DNA of 64,000 nt from Acidobacteriota bacterium (GCA_017883185.1 JADGOB010000003.1:7136-71135); one strand, 5' to 3'; positions 17,201-25,865 are shown, counted from the first letter of the stretch. The notes: generated by a model not told the origin, from the sequence alone. Numbers and translations are program-made.

Positions 17201-17717
17201 TCGAAGCAGGACGTTCCTCGGCGACCAGGCGCGAGTCGAACGGCTGGCGCAAGGTGTGGCACCCGGGACAATCCTCCATTTGGCCGTACCGACGGTGCTG
17301 ACCGAGGCGACGCCGTTGTTCTCGGTCATCGCGCTGACGCCGTCCGACAGCGCCGACGCGGCCACCGGGCTGGTCGAGGTCGCGTCGCTGATGTCGTGGA
17401 ACCTGCCGGCAGAGGCGGCCGTTGTCTCGAGGCTGGAGTATGGTCCTGGCTCCGGCGAAGGCGCGGCGTTGACGACGCTGGCCTGGTTGTTGTTCGTCGG
17501 CGGCACGCCCACGCTCGTGGCCAACCGCTGGCTGGTGGGCCCGACCGATGCCAGCGTCGGCACGCGTTTCTACCGCGCGCACCTCGCGCGAACCGCTGCC
17601 GGCGCGCCCGCTCCCCGTGCGGCCGAATCACTGCAGAGAGCGATGAAGGGAATCCTGGCGCAGCCAGCGACCCGTCACCCGTTCTACTGGGCCGGGTTCA
17701 TGACGATCGGCAGATAG
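14292..17717 (+). CDS. Secreted NTF2-like / TPR-repeat / CHAT-domain protein
   Basis: SD AAGGAG 6 nt upstream of GTG 14292. Signal peptide VRRSRSLPSGLVLVVVLSGTIPDRASA. NTF2/SnoaL-like segment (FKELLQRYFEAYARKDIEGMTTLW). Many TPR-like repeats. C-terminal CHAT hallmarks (LVIVPDAFLWSLPFEAL ... HPFYWAGFMTIG). Confidence 0.8.
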   Translation: MRRSRSLPSGLVLVVVLSGTIPDRASAQPPPASSLAPTVSSQQTGAPKAAQTLTAAEAERTFKELLQRYFEAYARKDIEGMTTLWHTGGPARYRRNVVLVEFDLRQVDLAGLTVHNAGADPGGGRARAILELRVTNTKTKRVRNERRIRDFTFLQDDSGAWKIWNEVSPAGELARRLLAVPADQRDALIASEPELSSDDTLAGLTNEAGRLQGLQKPDEVLDALGAQGRLARALGNQDVLGTSLMRVGSLRMMTGRYPEASEAFTAAREAFVTEENQAEIAACDANLANLAYMQGRFAEAGERYQQAFDVFEKQNDDARMASTLHGLGNALYMQTDFSRALEYYTRAVTVLQRTKDRFREASVLQAIAMVHKELGDYAPAADAWRQSLALTEAGGDVAAAARAWSGLGEIFRLQGDLGRALQHHLKSLQLWEQVKNVATRAASTYAIGQLYALQRNFARAIEFYQKALELDQSITDDLRASEGGQARDLGGLGGAHLAQGQPDVALGEYEKSLLLREHTQDEVGVMWTLVHMGVLHTSQHRPDEAEKAFERSLALAESRYDQDTISTILALRGQLELDEGKVDAALASAARAAELAVSIEHFDTVAYARVVTGRAHQKAERAAEARAAYEDAISALGKVPLGPAAETFFDNRRAPYLAMVDLLAGQGNLAEAFRWSERGRQQVLADMLGGDGAVVSKGLTTDERDLERTIARDLRTLAVKLRRERGRQKPDATRLAALQAEQGTRQVDRDALRRRIYDAHPTLRAMRAQGEPSGPEAASVLGTPAAALVSFVVGETRTWVFALAKDPTAGTWGVQKVAAIDVQAADLSRQVRRFREAIAKKDNRAVEIGRELHTLLLEPVQEVLARKSRLVIVPDAFLWSLPFEALQTSVGHFLVEDASVTLAPSLTGLVALDSLRPEATSRRALVAFGKPVLGRAIEERLALVRPAAPTAQPPAADREVEGVALLFGPSRSRTFLGDQARVERLAQGVAPGTILHLAVPTVLTEATPLFSVIALTPSDSADAATGLVEVASLMSWNLPAEAAVVSRLEYGPGSGEGAALTTLAWLLFVGGTPTLVANRWLVGPTDASVGTRFYRAHLARTAAGAPAPRAAESLQRAMKGILAQPATRHPFYWAGFMTIGR

Positions 17718-17728
17718 GCGGGTTGCGG

Positions 17729-19429
17729 CTATTCGGCAATCTCAACCTGGGCAGGGTCGGTCCGTTCGAGCACTCGGCCCAGCCACATCACGACGAGGCC
17801 CGCCTCGACGACGAGGATCGACGCGAGAAGCATCGTCGCAGGCAGCAGGCCTGGCCAGCCGAGGAACAGGTACAGCACGTAGCCGAGGCCGCCTGCGATC
17901 GCTGATGCGGGCAGGACGCCGATCGCCAGCGCGAGCAGCGTGCCGGCGAACATCAGCATGTTCTGCCCCATCGCCTCGATGCCTCGCGCCCTCGCGCCGC
18001 CAGTGGCGATCCAGCCCGGGAACAGAACGACGGCGGCGTTCTGGATGATCACCTGCCCGGCAATCAGCATGGGCGCCAGGAGTCCGACCGAGACGAGAAG
18101 GGCCGCTCGGCCGACGGCATCGATTGGACCGTCCTTCCACGCCGGCGAGAGCGCGAGCGTGACGGCGAGCAGGAACCAGACGATCGCCGACAGCAGGAAG
18201 GTTGGCGCCAGCAGTTCACCGAGCAGCAGCTCCCGGCCCGATATCGGCCACGTCTTCAGCACCGCCAGTCTCTGGAGATCGTGCCGCAGGTCGTTTCGGA
18301 TCATGAAAGGGCCGACCACTGTTGCGAAGACGGTCAGCATCAACAGAAGCGGCGCCAGTGAGCCGCCCTTGCTGTTCAGGCCGAATACGACGGCCATGAC
18401 CACGACCGGGATCGACACGCGCACCACGAGCCTCAGCGAGACGTAGCGGCCCAGCAGGATGGTGTTCTTCCAGAGGATGGCCGTCTCCACGCGGCCTCGC
18501 GCGGCCAGCGAGAACGGCGCGGGCCGCACCACGGGCGCCGGCGCGGAGCGCCCCTGCGCCTGCCGCTGTTCCGCGGCGGACGCCGCGTCTTCCAGATTGG
18601 CGTCGGACCACAGCACCCACACGTAGTTGAGAACGAGCACGACGAGCGCCGGGCCGAGGGCGCGCGCAAAGGCGAGCGGGGTCTCGGCGAAGATCGGCGC
18701 CAGCACCGCCCTGAACGGCCACAGCGCGAAGGGAGCCGCGCCCACGCGGCCGAGTTCGACGATGCCGAAAATGGCGTCGTTCAGCGGCCGGGACACGAGG
18801 GCGCGCGCATGCACCAGGTAGGTGCCGCACAGCAGCCCGGAGACGACGATCATCAGCGTAGCCGAGGCCCAGGCGAGCCACGGCACGCGCGACGCTGGCG
18901 CCCGGAAACTTGACTTCGTCAGATTCGCGCCCAGTACGTGGAGGAAGATGGCGGCGAACAGCAGCCACCCGCCGAGCAGCAACGACCATCGCCCGGCGAC
19001 GGCCGCCCGGGCCGCACCGGTAAATAGCGACGCGATGAGGACGCTGAACAGCAGCCCGACCTGCGACCGGAGCAACTTGTAGTTGAGGAGCTGCCGGCGC
19101 GTCAGCGGCGCCGTGAAGAAGAACTGCACTTCGGCGGCGGTGAACGTCCACGTCCTCGTCGCGAACGGCCACAACCAGACGAGCACGGCCACAACCCACA
19201 ACAGGACGGCGCCGCCGACGACGATGTCCGGCGCAAAGGACGTCAGCCACGTCAGGTCCGTTCTGCCGCGGCGTGGCGCCCGCATTTGGTTGCGCACGAC
19301 GAACCAGTACAGATACAGGAGGCCGACGACGAGGCCGGCAAGGTAGCGCGGCTCCCGCAACCGGCGCAGCCGGCGCCACAGGCGGTTCTTCAGCGAACAG
19401 GCGGTGAGATAGAGGAAGGCGTGGGTCAC
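17729..19429 (-). CDS. Polytopic membrane protein, putative ABC exporter permease
   Basis: 566 aa, more than 10 hydrophobic helices. The GTG start overlaps the stop of the upstream ABC ATPase (GTGA). The N-terminus (FLYLTACSLKNRLWRRLRRLREPRY) resembles the 'putative ABC exporter' family as I recall it; needs HMM confirmation. Confidence 0.7.
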   Translation of the reverse strand: MTHAFLYLTACSLKNRLWRRLRRLREPRYLAGLVVGLLYLYWFVVRNQMRAPRRGRTDLTWLTSFAPDIVVGGAVLLWVVAVLVWLWPFATRTWTFTAAEVQFFFTAPLTRRQLLNYKLLRSQVGLLFSVLIASLFTGAARAAVAGRWSLLLGGWLLFAAIFLHVLGANLTKSSFRAPASRVPWLAWASATLMIVVSGLLCGTYLVHARALVSRPLNDAIFGIVELGRVGAAPFALWPFRAVLAPIFAETPLAFARALGPALVVLVLNYVWVLWSDANLEDAASAAEQRQAQGRSAPAPVVRPAPFSLAARGRVETAILWKNTILLGRYVSLRLVVRVSIPVVVMAVVFGLNSKGGSLAPLLLMLTVFATVVGPFMIRNDLRHDLQRLAVLKTWPISGRELLLGELLAPTFLLSAIVWFLLAVTLALSPAWKDGPIDAVGRAALLVSVGLLAPMLIAGQVIIQNAAVVLFPGWIATGGARARGIEAMGQNMLMFAGTLLALAIGVLPASAIAGGLGYVLYLFLGWPGLLPATMLLASILVVEAGLVVMWLGRVLERTDPAQVEIAE

Positions 19430-20169
19430 GATGCCCGGTCGGTCTCGGCCTGCCCGGTCGCGCGAAGGAAGATCTGCTCGAGGTCGGACCCGGCAGCCGA
19501 CAGGTCGGAGCGCGCGGCCAGTTCCTCGAGGCTGCCGTCGGCGATCTTCGTGCCCCGGTGGATGATGAGGATCCGGGTGCAGATTTCCTCGACCAGGTGC
19601 AGAAGGTGGGACGAGACCACGACGGCCGCCCCCGCGCGGGCGCGATCGACGATGGTCTGCTTCATCCGTCGGATGCCGAGGGGATCGAGGCCTGTCAGCG
19701 GCTCGTCGAAGAGCAACACCGGCGGGTCGTGCAGCAGCCCGCACGCGATCGCCAGCTTCTGCTTCATGCCGCGCGACAACTCGCCGGGCAGCGCGCTTTC
19801 CTTGCCCGACAGCTCCAGTTCCTCGAGCAGCCTCGGCACGCGGCCCGCGTAGTCGGCCACGCCGTAGAGCCGCGCGACGAGGTTCAGGTGCTCACGAACG
19901 GTGAGGTACTCGAACAACTGCGGCTCGTCCGGCATGAACGCCAGGCGGCGCTTCGCTTCAACGGCGTCGGTCACGATGTCGCGGCCGTCGATGCGAACCG
20001 AGCCGGACGTGGGCGCCTGGATTCCGACCATGCACTTGAGCGTACTCGTCTTCCCCGCCCCGTTCGGGCCGATCAAGCCGATCACTTCGCCGCGGGAGAC
20101 CGAGAACGACAACGCGTCCACGGCCTTCAGCGAGCCGTACATCTTGGTGAGTCCCTCGACGACAATCAT
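19426..20169 (-). CDS. ABC transporter ATP-binding protein
   Basis: Start set to ATG 20169 (MIVVEGLTKMYG). Walker A GPNGAGKTS, signature LSRGMKQK, Walker B LLFDEP. Confidence 0.9.
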   Translation of the reverse strand: MIVVEGLTKMYGSLKAVDALSFSVSRGEVIGLIGPNGAGKTSTLKCMVGIQAPTSGSVRIDGRDIVTDAVEAKRRLAFMPDEPQLFEYLTVREHLNLVARLYGVADYAGRVPRLLEELELSGKESALPGELSRGMKQKLAIACGLLHDPPVLLFDEPLTGLDPLGIRRMKQTIVDRARAGAAVVVSSHLLHLVEEICTRILIIHRGTKIADGSLEELAARSDLSAAGSDLEQIFLRATGQAETDRAS

Positions 20170-20185
20170 GCGGGTCGTGGGCGCC

Positions 20186-20908
20186 TTACCACGTCGTGAG
20201 CTGGCCCGCTTCTTCGGGGCAGGCCGCGGCCCACCGGGTGGTCGCGGTCTGGAGAACGGCCTGGTTGGGTCGCGCATCGGGACGGTAGCGGTCGAGCCCG
20301 TCGTTCGCGACGGCGTCGAGCATCGTCCTCGGCATCGACAGCAGGCCGCTGACCACCCACGGGCAATACCGGTCCGCCGATTCCCGGGCGAGCAGCGTGC
20401 GGGCGGCGTCCGCCGAAAGCGACTCGCGGTAGACGCGCGGGCTGGTGAGGGCGTCGAAGGCGTCCATGACGCTGACGATGCGGACCGTCCAGGGGATGAC
20501 GTTTCCGTCGAGACCGTCCGGGTAGCCGCTGCGGTCGTTGCGCTCGTGGTGATAGAGGATGATGTCGAGGATCCCTGGAGCGAAGCCGAGGTGCTCGGCC
20601 ATGTCGAAGCCGTGTTCAGGGTGGTTCTGCAGCGCCTGCCACTCATGTTTGGTCAAACGCCCGGGCTTCGAGAGGATGTGAGCCGGAACGAGCAACTTGC
20701 CGACGTCGTGAAGCAAACTGCCGACGCGGATGGTCTCGACCATCTCCTCGGACAGGCCGTATTGCGCGGCCAAATGGACACCGTAAGCGGATACTCGGCG
20801 GCAGTGCGATGCCACCGCCGGCCGTTTTGCGTCCATGGTCTCGAGAATTGCGTTGACGTCGCGGGCCTGCGGGGTGGGCACGAAGGGATTCCTCTCCGGG
20901 TCTGTCAC
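20186..20908 (-). CDS. Stand-alone HD-GYP domain protein (putative c-di-GMP phosphodiesterase)
   Basis: HDVGK ... HPEHG ... HHERNDRSGYPDGL motifs. 240 aa with no receiver or sensor domain. Its stop lies 16 nt upstream of the ABC ATPase start. Confidence 0.85.
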   Translation of the reverse strand: MTDPERNPFVPTPQARDVNAILETMDAKRPAVASHCRRVSAYGVHLAAQYGLSEEMVETIRVGSLLHDVGKLLVPAHILSKPGRLTKHEWQALQNHPEHGFDMAEHLGFAPGILDIILYHHERNDRSGYPDGLDGNVIPWTVRIVSVMDAFDALTSPRVYRESLSADAARTLLARESADRYCPWVVSGLLSMPRTMLDAVANDGLDRYRPDARPNQAVLQTATTRWAAACPEEAGQLTTW

Positions 20909-21065
20909 CGGGACACCTGTCTCAAAGTGATATCTCGGCCGTTACCTGGCCGAACAGTAGAGCCTCCTGGCTTGCGGCTGGATGTCCCGTCAACCTGTGC
21001 TATGATAGGAGTTTCTCGCCGGGCCGGTCGGCCAGGCAGACCACTGTTCAGAGGGGAAGACAAAC

Positions 21066-21341
21066 GTGGCCAGTCACGAATCCGCACTGAAGGCGCACCG
21101 CCAGAGCGTGGTCCGCCGGGAAAAGAACCGCCAGTTCCGTTCGAAGCTTCGTAGCGCGCTCAAGACGATTCGCGCCGCGGTTGGCGCGAACGAAATCGAG
21201 AAGGCCAAGGGCCAGCTGTCCGAGACGTCATCGCTCATCGACAAGATGGCGACCAAGGGCATCATCCACGACAACGCCGCCGCCCGGTACAAGTCGCGGA
21301 TTCAGCTCTCGCTGAACAAGGCGTCAACGCCGGCCGCGTAA
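21066..21341 (+). CDS. rpsT: 30S ribosomal protein S20
   Basis: 91 aa, basic. SALKAHRQSVVRREKNRQFRSKLRSALKTIR is typical of S20. GTG start with a purine-rich GAGGGGAAG upstream. Confidence 0.9.
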   Translation: MASHESALKAHRQSVVRREKNRQFRSKLRSALKTIRAAVGANEIEKAKGQLSETSSLIDKMATKGIIHDNAAARYKSRIQLSLNKASTPAA

Positions 21342-21385
21342 CTGCTGCCGCCAGGCGGCGCGAAGGGCGGGTCGTGGCCACAAAG

Positions 21386-21403
21386 AACGCGGGCTTCCGC
21401 GTT
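21386..21403. terminator. Hairpin between convergent rpsT and holA
   Basis: AACGCGG-GCTT-CCGCGTT, a 7-bp perfect stem. No clear U tract. A second weaker stem lies at about 21345-21362. Confidence 0.35.
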
Positions 21404-21413
21404 GCCAACTGCC

Positions 21414-22373
21414 CTATTCCCGCCCGGTCCCGCACAACTCCACGATCAGCCGTTCGAGCAGCACGCGAGGATCGCCGCCCGAGGTCTTCAGGGCGAGGTC
21501 CGTCCTCAGCAGCGCGTCGACGGCGCCTGGCAGGTCCCTGGCGGCGACTGTCCGCTCGGCCACCGAGCGCAGCAAGCCGAGGATCATGAACGGCACCGCG
21601 CCCTCGGCCAGCTCCAGTTCCAGTTCCTTCAGCGCTGCCGCCGCGTGGCGATTGGCCACCTCGGCCCAGAGTTTCTTCCCGCCCGCGGAGGCCGCGCGCC
21701 CGGACACATCCTGGACGTGTTCCCTGGTAATCGTCTTGCGCCCCGCCGCGTAGAGCAGGACGCGTTCGACATCCGACCGCAGCCTGGCGACATCGGCCCC
21801 CGCCATCTGGCGCAGCAACTCGGCGGCGTCGCGGTCGAACCGCACCCCATGCTCGGTCTCGAGCGCCCTGACGACGTCGGCGGAGGCCTCGCACGTAACA
21901 ACAGCCGCCTGCTTGGCGAGCGGGTCGAACGTGCGCTGGAGGCCGAGACCGATCAGCGCCACCACCGCGTGCGCGTGCGGCCGCTTCGCGTACTCCTTGA
22001 GGAGGGCCAGTTGCGACGACTTGCTCCCGCCCTCGGCAGGCTCGGCTCCGTCGTCGCCCTCCTCGGCCTCGGCCGACCGTCCCTTCCGCCCGGCCAGTGC
22101 GCATTCGGCCTGGAGCAGGATCGCCACGCGCCGCGGCGCCAGCAGCGGCAACGTGCTGGCCGCGTCCAGGACCGCGGCCACGGTCGTCCCAGCGTCGGTC
22201 CCGTAGAAACGCTGCACGTTGAAGGCCCTGAGGTCCTCCTCCACCAACTCGGCGAGCGCCGTGCCGAGCGCGCTCATCTCCGACTCGTCGTCGCCGGTGA
22301 TGAGATACAGCGGCTCGGGCGCCCCCGCGGCGATCTGTTTCCGGACGGCGGCAGGAGAGAAGTGGCCCGGCAT
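21414..22373 (-). CDS. holA: DNA polymerase III delta subunit
   Basis: N-terminus with PLYLITGDDE. 319 aa. Conserved leuS-lptE-holA gene order. Confidence 0.8.
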   Translation of the reverse strand: MPGHFSPAAVRKQIAAGAPEPLYLITGDDESEMSALGTALAELVEEDLRAFNVQRFYGTDAGTTVAAVLDAASTLPLLAPRRVAILLQAECALAGRKGRSAEAEEGDDGAEPAEGGSKSSQLALLKEYAKRPHAHAVVALIGLGLQRTFDPLAKQAAVVTCEASADVVRALETEHGVRFDRDAAELLRQMAGADVARLRSDVERVLLYAAGRKTITREHVQDVSGRAASAGGKKLWAEVANRHAAAALKELELELAEGAVPFMILGLLRSVAERTVAARDLPGAVDALLRTDLALKTSGGDPRVLLERLIVELCGTGRE

Positions 22374-22377
22374 GGCG

Positions 22378-22908
22378 TCAGAACGCTTCGAGAATCGCGG
22401 TGACGACCGACCGCGCGAAGTCGGTCGCCATGCGATCGACGGCGTTCGACGCCTGGCCGAAGAAGGCGGCCGGGTCGAGAACGCCGCCGCCGCTGGTCAA
22501 CTGGTACTCCTCGCGGAAGACCTGGCTGGGGTTCTGCCACAGCACCTTGTTGTCGGACGCCTGGATGAACTGGATGCCGAGCGACACGGTGATCAGGTAA
22601 CGGGTGGCCTGCTGGGTCTCGTTGAAGCCGGCCGGCGTCAGCGTGATGTTGTTGATCTGCGCCTTCAGGATCGCGTCCACGTTCGAGTCCTGCGGAAGCA
22701 CCTTGTACTTGCCGCGGCCGATGAACTCGGAGCGCACGCGCTGCGTGAGGACCTGTCCGACCTCGAAGTAGGGCGTGCGGTTGTCGAAGTCCGGGATGCC
22801 GATCGTCTTGATCGTCTCCGGCAGAAACGAGCCGCGCCCGGCCAGCGTGTAGCCGCAGGACGTGGACGCCAGGGCGGCAATCAGGACGACAATCGGGATG
22901 CGGTTCAC
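22378..22908 (-). CDS. lptE: LPS assembly lipoprotein LptE
   Basis: Lipoprotein-type signal ending LASTSC. 176 aa. Located between leuS and holA as in proteobacteria. Confidence 0.75.
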   Translation of the reverse strand: MNRIPIVVLIAALASTSCGYTLAGRGSFLPETIKTIGIPDFDNRTPYFEVGQVLTQRVRSEFIGRGKYKVLPQDSNVDAILKAQINNITLTPAGFNETQQATRYLITVSLGIQFIQASDNKVLWQNPSQVFREEYQLTSGGGVLDPAAFFGQASNAVDRMATDFARSVVTAILEAF

Positions 22909-22920
22909 ACAAACCTCGCT

Positions 22921-23013
22921 AGCCTGACAGCGGACAGCGGGCAGCGGGCAGCTGAGAACCAGAACCTCTCGTGTGGCAGCCTGTCGGCTGCAAGCGGTCG
23001 GCTGCCGGCTGAC
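22921..23013. repeat. (CAGCGG)n ... (CGGCTG)n imperfect palindromic intergenic element
   Basis: CTGACAGCGGACAGCGGGCAGCGGGCAGCTG ... CAGCCTGTCGGCTGCAAGCGGTCGGCTGCCGGCTGAC, between the leuS stop and the lptE start. Shares the exact 20-mer CAGCGGACAGCGGGCAGCGG (22928-22947) with 57434-57453. Confidence 0.7.
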
Positions 23014-25605
23014 TTACTTCACCACCACGTTCACCAGTTTTCCCTTCGCAACGATGACCTTGTGCACGCTCTTGCCGGCGGTGTGCACGCGCACGACGGC
23101 ATCGGCCAGGGCCAGTTCGCGCAGCGCCTCCTCGGCGATGTCGATCGGAACCGTGAGCCGGCTCCGCAGCTTGCCGTTCACCTGGACGGGCACCACGATC
23201 TCGCTCGAACGGGCGACGACGGGATCGTACGTGGGCCAGGGGGCGGCGGTCAGGCCACCCTGGTGGCCGAGCATCTCCCACAGTTCCTCGGCCGTGTGCG
23301 GGGTGAACGGCGACAGCATCAGCACCAGCGCGTCTACCGCTTCCCTGAGCACCGCGAGCGTCTCGATCCGCTCCTCGACGGGAGGCGCGTCGGCCTTCGC
23401 GCGCCGAACCGGCGCCCCGGTCTTCGTGTGCCCCTCGGAGAAGGCATACAACTCGTTCACCATCTCCATGAGCGCCGACACGACGGTGTTCAGGTGCACG
23501 CGCGGGTCGAGGTCGTGCGTGACGCGACGCACGGTGTCGTGGGTGACCCGACGCACCGCTTGCTCGGCATCCGTCAGCGACAGCCCGCCGGGATCCGGGA
23601 GGCTCTTCCCTTCGAACGCCTCGCACCACTGGTCCACCAGACGCCACACGCGCGCGAGGAACCGGGCGCTGCCCTCGAGGCCGGCGTCGGTCCATTCGAT
23701 CTCGTTCTCGGGGGGTGCGACGAACATCACGTACAGCCGCAACGCGTCGGCGCCGTGCCTCACGAGCATGTCGTCGGGATCGACCACGTTCCCCTTCGAC
23801 TTCGACATCGCGCTGCCGTCCTTCAGCACCATGCCCTGCGTGAGGAGGCGCGCGAACGGCTCGTCGTGATCGACCATGCCCAGGTCGCGAAACACCCGAC
23901 AGAAGAACCGCGAGTAAATCAGGTGCAGGATGGCGTGCTCGACGCCGCCGCTGTAGAAGTCCACCGGGCACCAGTACTTCACCGCGGACGGCGCGAACGC
24001 CTGGCTGAGGTTGCGCGGGTCGCAGTAGCGATAGAAGTACCAGGACGAATCCACGAAGGTGTCCATCGTGTCGGTCTCGCGCCGGGCGTCGCCGCCGCAC
24101 GTCGGGCACGTGACGTTGACCCAATCGGGCACCTGCGCCAGCGGCGAGTCGCCGCGGCCCGTGAACTCCGCCACCTTCGGAAGGACGACGGGCAACTGAT
24201 CGTCGGGCACCGGCACGACACCGCAGTGCTCGCAGTGGATCATGGGAATCGGCGTGCCCCAGTAGCGCTGGCGCGAAATCCCCCAGTCCTTCAGGCGATA
24301 CTGCACGGTCCGCGCGCCAAGGCTCCGCGCCTCTGCCGCCTCGGCCATCGTGGCGATGGCGTCGGTGGACCACAGTCCCGAGAACTCGCCGGAGTTCACC
24401 ACGCGACCGGGTTCCACGTAGGCCTCGGTCATCGTCTCGGCCGACAACGCCGGCTGGCTGGCGCCCTCGGCCTCTCTCTGAATCACCACGTCGATGGGCA
24501 GCGAGTACTTCCGGGCGAACTCGAAGTCGCGCTGGTCGTGCGCGGGCACGGCCATCACCGCGCCGGTGCCGTACTCGCCGAGCACGAAGTTGGCGACCCA
24601 CAGCGGCACCGGTCGCCCCGTGAACGGGTTCACCGCGTAGCGGCCCGTGAAGAACCCCTCCTTCTCGACCTGGCCCGTCAGCCTCGCCGTTCGGTCCTGG
24701 GCGCGGAAGCGCTGCACGTGCTGGCGGAACGCCTCAGGCGCCACCGACTCGGCCGCGATCCGTTCGATCCACTCGTGCTCGGGCGCGAGCAGCACGAAGG
24801 TGGCGCCGTAGATCGTGTCGATGCGGGTCGTGAACACCTCGATATCCGGCGCGTCGGCCGGGCGCGGTTCCGTGGGCGGCGCACTGACGCCGGCCGGCAA
24901 CAGGGGGAACTTCACCCGGGCGCCTTCCGACCGCCCGATCCAGTTCCGCTGCATCGTCAGGACCTTCTCAGGCCATGCCTTCAGCCGATCCGTGGCGTCC
25001 AGCAGTTCCTGGGCGTAGTGCGTGATACGAAGGAACCACTGCTCCAGATTGCGGCTCCCGACGAGGGTGCCGCAGCGCCAGCACCCGCCCTCGACCACCT
25101 GCTCGTTGGCGAGCACCGTGTGGCAACTCGGACACCAGTTGACCGTCGAGCGCTTGCGGTAGGCCAGGTCGCGCTCGAACATCCGGATGAACAGCCACTG
25201 GTTCCACTTGTAGTAGTCGGGCAGGCACGTGGCAATCTCGCGGTTCCACGCGTAGCTGATCCCCAGCCGCTGCAACTGGCCCTTCATGTGCGCGATGTTG
25301 GCCAGTGTCGACGTCTCGGGGCGGATGCCCTGCTTGATGGCTGCGTTCTCGGCCGGCAGGCCAAACGCGTCCCACCCGAAGGGGTGCAGCACGTTGAACC
25401 CGCGCATGCGCTTCTGGCGGGCCATCACGTCGCCAATCATGTAGTTGCGGACGTGGCCCACGTGAGCGTGCCCGGACGGATAGGCGAACATCTCGAGGCA
25501 GTAGAACTTCGGCTTCGACGGGTCCTCGGTCACCTCGAAGGCACCGGTCTCCATCCAGCGCTTCTGCCACTTCCGGTCGAGCGATTGCGGTATGTACTCG
25601 CGCAC
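23014..25605 (-). CDS. leuS: Leucine--tRNA ligase
   Basis: 863 aa. HIGH-type motif [14 protein letters not shown]-type [10 protein letters not shown]1 editing domain. GTG start. Confidence 0.97.
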   Translation of the reverse strand: MREYIPQSLDRKWQKRWMETGAFEVTEDPSKPKFYCLEMFAYPSGHAHVGHVRNYMIGDVMARQKRMRGFNVLHPFGWDAFGLPAENAAIKQGIRPETSTLANIAHMKGQLQRLGISYAWNREIATCLPDYYKWNQWLFIRMFERDLAYRKRSTVNWCPSCHTVLANEQVVEGGCWRCGTLVGSRNLEQWFLRITHYAQELLDATDRLKAWPEKVLTMQRNWIGRSEGARVKFPLLPAGVSAPPTEPRPADAPDIEVFTTRIDTIYGATFVLLAPEHEWIERIAAESVAPEAFRQHVQRFRAQDRTARLTGQVEKEGFFTGRYAVNPFTGRPVPLWVANFVLGEYGTGAVMAVPAHDQRDFEFARKYSLPIDVVIQREAEGASQPALSAETMTEAYVEPGRVVNSGEFSGLWSTDAIATMAEAAEARSLGARTVQYRLKDWGISRQRYWGTPIPMIHCEHCGVVPVPDDQLPVVLPKVAEFTGRGDSPLAQVPDWVNVTCPTCGGDARRETDTMDTFVDSSWYFYRYCDPRNLSQAFAPSAVKYWCPVDFYSGGVEHAILHLIYSRFFCRVFRDLGMVDHDEPFARLLTQGMVLKDGSAMSKSKGNVVDPDDMLVRHGADALRLYVMFVAPPENEIEWTDAGLEGSARFLARVWRLVDQWCEAFEGKSLPDPGGLSLTDAEQAVRRVTHDTVRRVTHDLDPRVHLNTVVSALMEMVNELYAFSEGHTKTGAPVRRAKADAPPVEERIETLAVLREAVDALVLMLSPFTPHTAEELWEMLGHQGGLTAAPWPTYDPVVARSSEIVVPVQVNGKLRSRLTVPIDIAEEALRELALADAVVRVHTAGKSVHKVIVAKGKLVNVVVK

Positions 25606-25706
25606 GTGTCGGTCCTGCTTGCTCCCGACGGCAGCACGGGCCGGCGGCGGGTGGAGAGGTATGGGCCGGCCGTCGTGGCTAGCGGCGGCCAGGCCGAGAT
25701 TTTGTA

Positions 25707-25712
25707 ATTATA
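25707..25712 (-). promoter_or_regulatory. -10 box TATAAT (minus sense), ~100 nt upstream of leuS
   Basis: One of the few AT-rich spots in the 260-nt spacer. The -35 is poor. Confidence 0.3.
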
Positions 25713-25816
25713 GCCCAGACATCTTCCACCTCTGAGATCGCGACAATCGAAGCACGCTGCTGTGGGGCCCTCGGAATCCGGTCGCGGCGGCGTCAGGTGG
25801 AGCGTCGCTAGCGTCC

Positions 25817-25859
25817 CGCCGCCTCATTACGGCGGCGCATCAGGGGCGCCGACGCGCCC
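25817..25859 (-). terminator. Two GC hairpins downstream of the deacetylase gene
   Basis: GGGCGC-CGAC-GCGCCC (25844-25859) and CGCCGCC-TCATTAC-GGCGGCG (25817-25837). No U tract. Confidence 0.3.
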
Positions 25860-25865
25860 GGCCGA

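Noticed and set aside
14292-17717. TPR-CHAT protein as a type III-E CRISPR (Craspase/Csx29) component or other defence effector
   Set aside because: No CRISPR array, gRAMP/Cas7-11 or other cas genes are in the window. The protein has a signal peptide and an NTF2-like N-terminus, and it seems to lack the catalytic dyad. It is reported as a pseudo-protease finding instead.
25606-25706. Possible T-box or other riboswitch in the ~100-nt leuS leader
   Set aside because: I could not find the conserved T-box sequence (AGGGUGGUACCGCG-like) or any other motif I recognise. There are only generic GC hairpins. A covariance-model scan (Rfam) would settle this.
22219-25707. 1162-aa ORF on the plus strand spanning holA, lptE and leuS
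   Set aside because: It runs antisense across three well-supported minus-strand genes and an intergenic repeat. It shows no protein-like motifs. I treat it as a GC shadow ORF.
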